NCBI GenBank assembly: GCA_023213395.1
Contig: CM041465.1
Coordinates: forward strand, 182,659,741 to 182,723,740
DNA length: 64,000 bases
Direction: 5' to 3'
DNA from: Cycas panzhihuaensis
Taxonomy: Eukaryota > Plantae > Cycadophyta
In this document: piece by piece, positions 13,641 to 25,300 of the stretch
Layout of the letters: each line of letters begins with the position of its first letter
How positions within the stretch are numbered: the first letter of the stretch is position 1
The notes under the pieces: generated by a model
What the model was told of the DNA's origin: nothing
Database searches by the model: none
What the model saw: the letters and a program-made list of their open reading frames with translations, nothing else
Translations under genes and position numbers: made by a program

Positions 13641-14656
13641 TCAAATCAGAAGACAAAGGGTTTCAATGACTGATCGTATGACTATACTGATTTTCATTCG
13701 ATTTGCAGGTGTATGAACTAAACAAGAAAGTATCTCAAAATAAAGATCTTTTTTAGAGCAATTTGAATATGTGAAAATTTTTGAAGGAATCCTTCAAATC
13801 TAAGAGAAAGCAGCCTTGAAAACCATAGAGAGGCGATTAGGGTTTTATGTAAAATGACTTGAATCTTGAAAGATTTGCATTCAATCTTCTTAGAAAAAGT
13901 ATTAATGGGAACTTAATGATAGAGGGAAGAAATTTTGACAGAAAATACTTGGATTTAGAGACAAATTTGAAAGAAAATTGCATTTCCTTTCTCAATCCCG
14001 CATGACTGCAAATAAGGCAAAATGTCCTCTAAAACATACTCCAATCTCTTTGATGCAGAAGGAAGAAATGTCAAGGACGCTGAGATTTATTTGTTGGTGA
14101 ATTTTGATGAAAAATTAAGTACTTGAAATTTTCTGTCAGTACGGCTGTACAATCCCATACGACCGTTGTGTATCCCTTCTTTAATTAGTATTCTCTTCCT
14201 TGATTTGATAATAGATGTCTTTGTCTAGCACAAACGCTTATGGTTTCCTTCAACAGGAATTTCCTTTGTCAAATAGGCTAGGTTTCCTGCTCTTATACCA
14301 TGTTGAAATATTAACACAGATTGAAGAAGAACTTGTTTCTTTATTATGAGAGATGAACTCTGTATATACAAAATGAAATTGTAACCAACATGTATTTAGC
14401 TAACACGTGGCATACACGTCTATGTTACATGAGAAGGTGTTTTATATAACACTTAATCTTCCTAGATAAAACATTATATTCTAACATATAGGTTTTTCTT
14501 TTCTTTATTCTTTTATTCTCATTTTTGCACATTTTGGCTTTTTAAAGGGCTGTTTTCCCTTTTGCACATTCTTTCTTTTGTTTGAAGGTCTATTGTATAG
14601 GGGACTTTACCTCTTTTCTCTATTAAGTATATAGTTGTCTCATGTTAAGGGGGGAT

Positions 14657-15143
14657 TATTAGAATATGATCCATGGGATATGAAAAGGGGATGAAGACCT
14701 GTCCATGACAAAATGTGGTGGAGCATAATTTCAGGTTAAGTAAGGATCCCATTTGGAGAGAGAATAACTTAAGGTACCCCCCATCTTAGGGGATCATGTA
14801 ATGTGGAAAACATAATGTTAGGAAGGTGGGGGACCAAGAAGGCTTAGTTGTTTCACAGTATCCTAGTGCACCTATGTGGAAAATAGAGTGGCTTGGGAAC
14901 AATGCAGAAGAAATGGGATGCCCTAAGGATGATAGAAGGAGAGTGAGTGAGATGACAAGATGAGAGAGTGCACAAGGGAATCTTAATCTATCATAGACCT
15001 ACTCTTCTCCAAAAGTAAGGTTTTTGAAGAATTACTTTTGTAAACATATAACCATTGTTCAACTTTGTCATGTTAGTTCACATTGTATTGCCTAAAGATG
15101 GGATCGGATTCCATGTAGTTAAGTGAGTGTGTGAGACCTACAC
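14657..15143 (+). repeat. Probable old 3' LTR of an unidentified LTR element
   Basis: Preceded by PPT-like taaggggggga (14646-14655), starts tattagaa (decayed tgttagaa) and ends ...cctacaca. No partner LTR seen. Confidence 0.35.
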
Positions 15144-16679
15144 AACCAATAAACAATACCTCTATTCAATGTAGATGGTGAGACGTGAAAGGTGAAAAAT
15201 GGAAAGAAAGTACATGCACACATGCTTCTCTTATTGATGAGAAAGGTGGGATGGGAGGTTTAGCTCCTATGCTCCTATTGTTTATTTATTTACTTGAAAT
15301 TTTGAAAGTATAAAGATTACAATGTAGTGAGGGATCTCTATACTGGCATGTAAAAACATGATTTGACAAGAAATTTTAGGTTGATAATTTGACTACCTTC
15401 ATTGCTTGTGTGATTCTACTTGTCCATGTGGTTTTAAGAGATAGAATAGTATTAGTGATGGTGTTATTGCTTTATGTGGTGCTATTAATATGCTTTGTTA
15501 TGAATGTAAGCAATTTGAGAGTAGGTAGTGTTGCCTCTTGTTTTTGTGCCCCTAAAAAATTGACCTATATGAATGCGATCTATGAAATGTTCAATGGATA
15601 AACATGAAAAACAATGGAGAAACTGAAGAATGTTCAGGCCCAACATATATCAATTGATTTGTAGTATAAATGAATAAAGTGATAAAAATTATCTACAAGA
15701 ATTACAAAAACACACTATTTTAGATCTCTTAGAATTTATATGTGGTGTAATCCACAAATACTAATAGAGTTAAGTTAAATCAAATGAGTTACATCACTAA
15801 TTTCTTGACAATAACAAAAGAACTTAACATCAAATAGAGCAAATATAAGTTTTTAGATTATCAGAAGGGATGTTTTACAACAAACTATATATTAAGACCT
15901 ATTTAGTATACAAAATGACATTTAAGCAAAACTCCAGTTTGTCCTTGATTGGTTATGGGAGTCTATTTTGGAGACATTGAGAATCATGGATGAGAAAAGA
16001 GTTAAGAGTGAACATCAAAGAAATGCATGATACAAAAGAATTGGAACCAAGATTGCATACTAGATAGACCAAGCAATATTAATCTGTAGAACTCTATCTT
16101 CTTTAACCTCTCCCCTTTTAACTTTCCTCTATTCTTTAATAGTCGTGATGCATGGAAGAGACTTTGCAGCGCTGTTAGTTACATGGACCTCTTTCTGAAC
16201 GACTTCACAATCATTTGAACTCCCCACTGCTTGACCTAGTGTTTATTCCCATTTTAGGTTGACATCCATTCATTGGTTATCTCTTCTTCCAACCTAGCTT
16301 GAATCTTTTGCAGGTAAGCTTTGATAGGTGGCAAGTCACGAATTTAGATGCATGAGCTTGATTGAATAGAGGAATTGACATCAATGATCTAAATCTTTGA
16401 GGCTCTGAGTTGTTTGTTGTTCTTATCTGAATTCTGAAGTGAAAATGATCCAAAATACCTCTTTGATCATCTTTTACTAGATTTTTAGTGTGCTTGTGTG
16501 CGTTTAATGTGTTTCACACCTTTTTATCATTTAGATTAGTGCTTTATTGTATCTTCTTTACATTTTAGGATTATGCACATGAATCTCTTCGATGTGTGAT
16601 ATGAAAGGAACTTTTGTGAGAACCTAAGAAAGAAGTTGTATGAGATGACTTAATGGTGGGCCCTAATCACCTTCTTGTC

Positions 16680-17420
16680 TTCCTTTTGCAATTTTGCAAG
16701 CCAGTAGTTGAGTCTTTGTTGCATTTTCACCATTTGTGAAAATGTGAAAAGATATTAAATTACATCCCTCTTGTAATCTTGTAAATGAATGTCTCAATTC
16801 CATGACATAAAATACACCTTTGTGAAAACGTAAAGCAAAAAGCATATAAGACGCTTGTACTGGGTCGAATTACCATATGGTTAATTTTGGAGTTTTGCAA
16901 TTCTTTCTCTAGGGTAATGATGACTTTTGTCTCAGTTGCAAAAATGCAAGAAGATGAGACCTTCATTTCGCATCTTCAAGGTTTGTCATTTGAATAACCT
17001 TCATCTTTTATTCATTTGTAAAGATGAGAAAAGACTTATCATGAGCCTTTCCTTGTATTTTGCAATTTTAGGAATCAATAATCTTGATTTACTGAGTTGA
17101 ATAAGTTTTTGCGAAAACTTGCAAAGAGAAGATATATATGATGACTCTTGTAATGGACCCTATCATTTTGTCTTTCTCTTTGCAATTTCATATTTCATCA
17201 GTCTTCATCGCCTTTGTCGCATTTGTGCAAACATGAAAAGATACAAGACACTATCTCTTTCACAATTTCACATATTATCATTTGAGTAGTTGTTGCTTAG
17301 CCATTTGCAAAGATGCTACAAGGTATAAGATTGTTCCTTCTTTGTCTTTCGTATTCTTGGAGATGAATGATTTTTTGGCTTTCCTTTCTTCACCCACTTC
17401 CAAAATTGCAAAGTTTCATT
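16680..17420. repeat. Degenerate tandem repeat, ~80-115 bp units
   Basis: Recurring catttg(t/c)...aaa.atg..aaagat unit near 16731, 16817, 16933, 17013, 17107, 17220, 17302. Confidence 0.45.
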
Positions 17421-18608
17421 TGTAGGAGGAATGAAACCCCATCTAAAAGCATAAAGATCATGTTAAGAGTTAATGTTTAATATGTAAATGATGTAGTCCT
17501 AAAGTATTATGTAATGGTCTATAGGCTAGTGTTAATGTTATTGTCTAAGGTCCAATAGGGGTGTTAAGCGATGTCATTAAGCAAGTTTATATGGAACACC
17601 GAATTAGTAGGTGAGGCAATTGTTCTTTGTGGTTGGAGGAGTTAATAAGAAGTATAAATATGTATTCATTCCCCTTCAATAATGATCAATACAATAAGGT
17701 TTGATACCCATGGTTTAACATGGTATTAGAGTAGGGTTGTTAGTAGAAGTTAATGTTGTTGACGTTCATTTATGGTGAAGATTCTGTAATCTATTCGTTC
17801 TGTGATGTCACCTTTCTGTTCATTGCATGGAGCACGCATTACAACTTTGTTCTACATCATCACCTGTGTAGTTCATGGCTCAGTTCGTAGTAGCTATGCG
17901 TGAAGCACATTACCTTCATGGCACTCCTCATCTGTGACCTCTTACAAGAAGACATAACTCTGTCGTGTGAAGATTGCATGTCTGCATATCATTCCTATAT
18001 ATGCCTTCAATTTGATATACTGCGTTGGTAATCTACGATTGTTGCATGAAAACTGTCATGAATTGTAGAAGAGCATCCGATTGCATCGTCAAATCATTTT
18101 TTGTCTAAATTGACACACTTTAGCAATTACACTAAGAGGATTATGTCTGGTACAAAAAGTAGTCCAAGGGTCTAAGCAAGATTATGATGGTTGTATGAAC
18201 TATAGACGTTCATGTGAAGAAGATTTTCCGTTGTGCCTCCATAATTTTGCTCGTATGAAGATGGGGTTTCTTTCTCTCCCGCCATAATTGCCATTCTTGA
18301 TTTGTGTAAGAGCACACTGAAGGATTGTTAAAAACGTTTTTAGGGTACGAGATTTGACTCTTTCAGGATTAAATATGTGTATCAATTGGCTAAGGAAAGA
18401 AGGTGGGTTTGTTTAAGGTTTACCCTAAATTCATTGTGCATTATGAAGATAGAGTTCTAGAATCTTACAAAGGGAAACTCCATAGCATTTATTTGTGCAT
18501 GGCCGTATGACATGCTTTCTTAATTGTTTCTCAGAAGTCTAGTCTTTGTCTATTTGAGACATCGCCAGTTTATATCCTAGGGTGTTGTCAATCCACAGAG
18601 GAGATTTC

Positions 18609-18804
18609 ATGATAATACAATATGCTCTAGTGGCCCGTGGTTCTGTGGCATTAGTAGAGTTCAGTACGGCTTCTACCAATGGAAGCACAATTGCTCATCA
18701 AATATTGAAAAATTTTCAACAGTGATGACAATCACATCTCTTATTCACAGGAACGATATGTTTTCCATGTCAAGAGAACCAATGGATTGAAGGCTTTGTG
18801 TTTG
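18609..18804 (+). pseudogene. VAMP71: Captured fragment of a VAMP71-type R-SNARE (longin domain N-terminus)
   Basis: MIIQYALVARGSVALVEFSTASTNGSTIAHQILK then, after a frameshift, SDDNHISYSQERYVFHVKRTNGLKALCL. This closely resembles plant VAMP71 N-termini (MAILYALVARG..EF...STNASTIA.QILEK...SYSQDRY.FHVKRTDGLTVLCM). Confidence 0.9.
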
Positions 18805-20299
18805 ATCGCTACCACAGATAGACATGCAAGCTAACAGTGAGAAGGTTGTGAGCCACAAAGGCAAAAAGCATAGGAAGCTCTAGAGGTAGAGGAGAAGAAT
18901 GCCAGTGTTAAACAAGTTTACTAAAATTAGAGAGACCACAACTACAAGTTATAAATGAGGAGTGAAAACCCTTCTGAGGATGTTACAAGCTCTCACCAAT
19001 TGCATGGTTACAACAAAAACATCTTTATTAGTTGTGCCCAAATTTTGAATAAGAACAATTAATAGCGGAAGATCAAAGCAGTTCAAAAAATTCAGAACTA
19101 GGCATAGCCTTTAATATAGTTTACATTCTTGAGTTTGGGGTCAATGATGTAACCTAGAGCTAACTTTGTTGGTGATGAAGTTTGCAGTGTTCAACTATCG
19201 TGGATAGGTTTGAAGACTAGAAGTTAGCCTGCATTCAGATGTGAGAACAGAACACGCATACATGAGAACAAGTGGAGATTTGGAGAGTTGAAGGGTCATT
19301 AAATTCAAAGGCATCTATTATCAAGATACAGATCTTCATAATGACGACTAGATCTTAGATAAGTAATATGAATCTATACTAAATACCCTCTTTCCTTGTT
19401 GTGTATTTCTGGAGACTTTTAATGACTACTAAATAGTTATTGAATGCACTTATCCATAGAAAGAACATGTGAACGAAAAGTGCTTCCAATGTTAAAAACA
19501 TTTTTACTCTTATTCTGAAAGGAAAATAGTTAGTGAAATGGAGGGAAGTGTTAGGCAGTAAATGTGGGAAGTCATGCAAAGCATTAGAATTCATGAAATT
19601 CAGCCATCTCATGAATGAGAAGGCTCAGTTTTTGTATGTGGGTTAGCAAAGAGATTGCTTAGGTTTTCTTTGGCTACCTGGGCTTGTCAATTATAAATTT
19701 CTCTAATGCAAATCTACTAGAGGATCACTATCTTAGGTTTATTGGTGAATTAATCATACAAAAGGCATCTTCTCAATTTGAAAAGAAGTAGCACCTATAG
19801 ATTCTCCGCTTCAACAACATAGTTAGGAGTGAAGGGATTTCCATCCATATAAAGGGCACAAAAGGTGCACTAATTAGTCGTTACAAACAATATTGTCACA
19901 TAGGTTTCTGAGAACTTTTTTATGTAGCCCACTAAAGTCTTTTGTGATAGAGAATCCTCAGTCCAAGTGAGTGCACTCAATAGTGGGTGAAATTTTACAG
20001 GGAAATCACAAGGTGGATGTAGTCAAAATGGGGCATACTCAATCTTTTGTTAATGGAAAACAATTATCTAGAATGGTAAAAAGACATGAAGGCTTGGTTT
20101 ATGGGAGATTGTTTCAGATGGATGCACTAGTTCATCACTAGAGTTATAATAGAAGATGTATCAACATTTCAATGGGTTTCCTTCATGTCTACAAATAAAG
20201 GTTGCATAAAATTTTGTTATCTTTTTTGTCTGACTCAAAATACTACTTGCAAGGCATATAAAACATGGAATTTCATTTAAAAAAAAAAAAAATTCAAAG

Positions 20300-21764
20300 A
20301 TGAATCAATAATCAGTGGATGAAGGTAAAGACATTGAAAATGTAGCTAGCCCAAAGGAAGAAGTGCAGGTTACATACAGTAACCTAACAAAGAATCAGAA
20401 AAAGAAGTTGAAGATAAAAGCTAAAAAGGCAAATGTAAGTAATTAGACTAATTATAGTAAGAATGAATCTCACATAGATTCATCTAATGTTTTTTGTGAT
20501 AAGAAAGGTGAAAAGGTTTATGAACCTATTTCTGAGAATAAGTCCTTTGTTGATGAAGAAATATGTGAATATCATAATTATTGTGACAAGATAATTTCTG
20601 CAGATGAACTTATTTATGATTCTATTAAAGTAACAGATGAGTCTAATGATTTGACTCTAGATCCTTTCTTAGAAGCTAAGAAAAAAGAAAAACATGAAGA
20701 ACTGAAGACTGAGAAGACAGAGCTTGGAATAATTTGTAAGCATGAAAATTTTGAAGTTGATTTCAGACAGCCTTATTTATAGGTGATACAATATAGAGAC
20801 ATAACTATCTTAATAGAAAATTTAAGTAGCATTATCATAATTTTCATTTATAGATTTATTGCTAAATTTCAATTGATATTAGGTCACATAGTTGTATGTT
20901 TATACACATAATTCTTTACAGTTTCATTCAATATAGTAACATTTTCTGTTCTTGATATTGAAGAAGTTCAAGTTGTGTTGACATATGCAGCAAAGGCACT
21001 AGAAAATTCCTTCGAAAAAAAGAAAGATACTTTGATAGAAATTGGAATGGTGCTTGGCCAGAATCCTGTAATAGAATTTGTTTATACAAATTGCTATATG
21101 ATTGTGACAGGTTATTTAATCATAAAGTTAAATCATGTTATGGTGATATGTTGCCTTCATGTGGCCATAACGGTTGTTGGAAAGCTTATACTTGTAATTG
21201 TGATGGAAATTCTCTTTTATGTTTATCATTTTAATAGCTTCCTTGGATGATAAGAAAAAAACAAAATAGTTAGCTAAAAATTTTATTGAACTAGGGTCAA
21301 TACCAATACTCATGATAACATGGAAGAAATCATCATCCCTCATTCCTTTTCAAGAGATATTTTATTGGCTTGTTTTTTCAGCATATCTAAAGAAGTTAAC
21401 CATAGTGACAAAACTCATACTTGTTGGTTTAAAAGCAAATAAGGAGAAATCCTTTTTATTCTTCTTTAAGGAAATGTTGGAGCCCAAATCATGTGTTGTC
21501 ACTTTTGATCTTGAAGATAATGATCATAAAAAAGATCACACTTGGAGTATGATCTCTCAAATACAGTTGTAGTCACTAAGCAAAAAACAAGAGATAACAG
21601 AACAAGTGATCCAATAAAGATGATTCATAAAAATAAAAAAGCGTTACTACATTCTAAAATCAACTAAAGATGAAGATCAAGCTCCTAACATTGTCTTCAG
21701 GAAGATACCTAGATTCAAATGTTGCAAATTCAAAAATAACACCTCACGTCAACTCATGTGTTAG
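20300..21764 (+). pseudogene. Decayed ORF of unknown function in E3
   Basis: One frame runs 20300-21250 with only four internal TAA/TAG stops in ~317 codons, then continues after a likely frameshift to ~21764. Charged N-half, hydrophobic C-half. Confidence 0.5.
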
Positions 21765-22345
21765 TTTTCGTTAGTCCTTAGTATTTAGTGTTATGATGTC
21801 TTTAGTATTCAGTTTTTTGTTATCTTAACATTAAACGCTTAAGGAGGGGTTTAAGAGTTAATGTTTAATGTGTCAATGACGTAGTCCCAAAGTATTATGT
21901 AAATAGTCTATAGGCTAGTGTTAATGTTATTGTCTAAAGTCCAATAAGGGTGTTAAGTGATGTCATTAAGCAAGTTTATATGTAACACCTAATTAATAGG
22001 TGAGGTGGTTGTTCTTTGTGGTTGGAGGACTTAATGACAAGTTCAAGTATAAATATGTATTCATTACCCTTCAATAATGATCAATACAATAAGGTTTGGT
22101 ACCCATGTTTTAATAGTTCACAAGTTAAACATTTTTATGAGAAAAACATCCCCTTTATGTACCATGTTTTGGGCAAAGTCCTAAGACTACTATCCCTTCT
22201 TGATTTATTTTCTTTACTATGTACATTCACTATCACTATGTTTTTTTTTTCTATTTACACCCCTTGAGCAAAGAGAAAAAAGGGGGTAACAGGTACCATC
22301 AACAAACTAGCTTGTTTATGATTATATCATATCGTAGAGGGATAT

Positions 22346-25300
22346 TCTGAAAATTTAAGAATCGAAATTAGAACCAAACATTAGTGAACATAGGTTTATT
22401 CGATAGAATTAGTCTACCTTTAAAATAAAATTTCATTAATTAAGGAAAAATTTACATTAAAAAAGAAATATATTATACATATACATATACAAATAGGATT
22501 AGTAACGGTCCACACACGAACTTGTAATTGCCTTGACACGTGTCAGGAGCCTATTAAGGGCTTTATAACTCCTAATGACCCACTTATCACCCTTGTCCTA
22601 TATGAACATTAATCTAACACCCCTCCTCAATGTTCATATCATCGAATTTAATGCCGATACAATATTTAAATTCATCAAATTTATCCCTAAGTAAAGGTTT
22701 TGTGAAAATACTAGTTAACTGATCCTTTGTTGGTTTGCACAAAACTTTAGCCTCTCCATTCTAAATTTGATCCCAGATGAAATGATAATGCACCTTGATA
22801 TGTTGGTGTGACCATGGAACACTAGATTCTTGACAATCTTCAAAGTATTTTGATTGTCACAGTATAATGTAGTTGCTTCATATTTATGTAGTGCCAAATC
22901 ACCAAGCATCTATCTCAACCAAATGGCCTTACAAGTTGTTACCATAACAATTTTATACTTTACTTTAGTAAAAGATAAAACAACATTAAGCTATATTTTA
23001 CTACTCTAAGTAACAATAATAAAACCTAAACTAAACAATATTCTAAAGTGGACTATCTACTATCCTCACATTCAACCTAATCAAAATATGAAGATGTGTT
23101 AGCTAGAAATTATCGTTATGGCTAAACTCTAATCCAAAATGTACTATCCCCTGCAAATATCTTAGGATCCTCTTCACAAGTTTTCAATGGCTTAACTTTG
23201 GTTGAATGATGAATCTTAATACCATGCCATCTGCAAAAGAAATATCAAGCCTAGTAGTACTTAAGTAGATTAAACTACCAACTAGCTATATGAGCATTGT
23301 GTTATCTACTCGCTTATCATCATCAAAAGTTGTCAATTTTAAACCTGTTTCTATTGGGGCATGTATAGGTTTAACTTCTTCCATTTTGAATTTCTTCATA
23401 ATTTCCTATACATATTTAGTTTGTAAAATGTAGATTTTTCCAGGCTTCTGCCATACTTCTACTCCTAAAAAGTAAGGGAGCAACCAAAAATTTGTTATCT
23501 TGAATGCCTTTTTAAAATCATTTTTCAAGCCTTCAACCATTGAGGTGTCATTGCTTGTGATTGGAAGATTATTTACATGCAGCATTACAAGGATGATTGA
23601 ATTTCCTTCAACATTGATATATAGGTTTGGATCAACTTACGACCTCTCAAACTCGTCCAAAAAATATTGATTGATCTTAGAATACTAGGCTTTTGGAGCT
23701 GGCTTGAGATCATACAAAGTGTTCTTTAAACAACATACCAAATGTTCTTTGCCATTAGAAATATAAGTAGGTGGTTGTTCTATATTGGCTTCTTATGCAA
23801 GATCTCCATTAAGGAAAGTACTTTTGACATCAAGTTGGTGTAACTGCTATTTGAACTAAGCAACTATCATCAATATTAATATAATCATTACAATCTTTGC
23901 TATTGGAGTAAATGTCTCCTAATAATCTATCCTCAATGACACGAGTTTTAGCATCCATTATTGTCTTCACTTCTGCTCTTAGTTGGACCCCTCAAAACTT
24001 GAAAGCCCATCAGCATTTGACACATCTACCATCAATGCAAAATTGATCATATCAGGTCTCATCCTCAATTTCTATTTTTCTTCTTTCTTGGGCAACTTAG
24101 CTTCTGCCATAGTTTTCAAATACCATTTAGGGAACTTCTTGGTAGGTGGAATGACCTTAGGCTACATCTCAGATTGTGATTCCTTAGCACCTTCATACTC
24201 ATCCTTCTCAACTTCTTCCATCTTTTTAACTTCTTCCTCCTCCTTTGGCTCAGTCTTTAGCTTGATGAACTGCTATTTCGAAGAACTAAATTCAAGTTAT
24301 TCCTCAATCTGCTTCCCTTTACCTCACTAAATCTTCAAAGTATCCAAGTCCTAATCTTGATTTGAAACTTATTTATCAACCTCTTCAAAGTTGATGTCCT
24401 ACTTGGTTACCAATTCATATACCAATATACTTTGTTCTTTTCATTGTATCCCATGACGATGCACTTGGAACTTTTTATTATTAAATTTCTAGCATTTCCC
24501 TTTGGTAACATGCATATATGTTGCACTTTCAAAGATTTTAAGATGACTTATTATTGGTTGACATCCAGAACATGCTTCTTTAAGTGTCTTATTTTATACA
24601 ACTTTTGTTACACTCTTGTTAGTTAGGTACACTTTTGTACAAACAACTTTAGCCCAAATGATATTTGAGAGGTTCTTCACCTTCATCATTGATTTAGCCT
24701 TCTCGACTAATATCTTGTTTATTCTTTTAGCTACTCCATTTTGTTGTAGGATATATGTTCTTATTAAGTAATTTATACTATGGTCTTTGCAAAACTGAAT
24801 AAAGGCATTGGAGGCATATTCTTCCCCATTATTTGTTCTAAATATCTTAACCCCTTGATCAATTTCATTCACTGCCTTTGCCTTAAATTTTCTGAATATG
24901 TCAAATGCCTAGGATTTCTCCTTTATGAGATATACTCAAACTTTTTTGGAAAAATTATCAATAAAGGTCAAGAAATATCTTGCACCTTTGAGTGAATTGG
25001 TTGGCATAGGATCATATATGTCTGAGTTGATCAGGCTTAACTTTTCAGTTGCCCTCTAAGCCTTGCCTCTAGGAAACTTCTTCTTATGTTGCTTCTTGTA
25101 AATATAGGGTTCACAAATATCGTTTTTTGTCTTAAACTTTGAGAAGCCATGTATTATGTTCAAGTTATTCATCAAATGTAGGCCAGGGAAGTGCAAATGG
25201 CCCAATCTTTCACACCACAATTGAATTTTATTTAACATATTTGTAATCAAAGATGCTCTTTGGCTTATTGACTTACCTAAGAGCCTATAAAGATGGTTTT

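Larger units (their letters stand above)
9352..14486 (-). mobile_element. Ty1/copia LTR retrotransposon E2, full length, degenerate
   Basis: LTRs 9352-9535 and 14301-14486, PBS (rc tggtataagagc) 14289-14300, PPT ccctctc after 9535, TSD gatag/tatag. Confidence 0.94.
17461..22115 (+). mobile_element. Non-autonomous LTR retroelement E3 (copia-type cis signals, no recognisable gag/RT) carrying captured host sequence
   Basis: LTRs 17461-17720 and ~21850-22115, PBS tggtattagagt 17721-17732, PPT aaggagggg 21841-21849, TSD gatca/gttca. No RT, integrase core or RNase H motifs recognised in the 4.1 kb interior. Confidence 0.88.

Noticed and set aside
21120-21230. LPSCGHNGC peptide resembling a RING fragment in an alternative frame of E3
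   Set aside because: Cys/His spacing does not complete a RING, and it overlaps the better-supported relic ORF frame.
15232-22304. Possible large solo LTR with tattgatg...catcaaca termini hosting E3
   Set aside because: Flanks (tctct/aacta) give no TSD and the left boundary could not be fixed.
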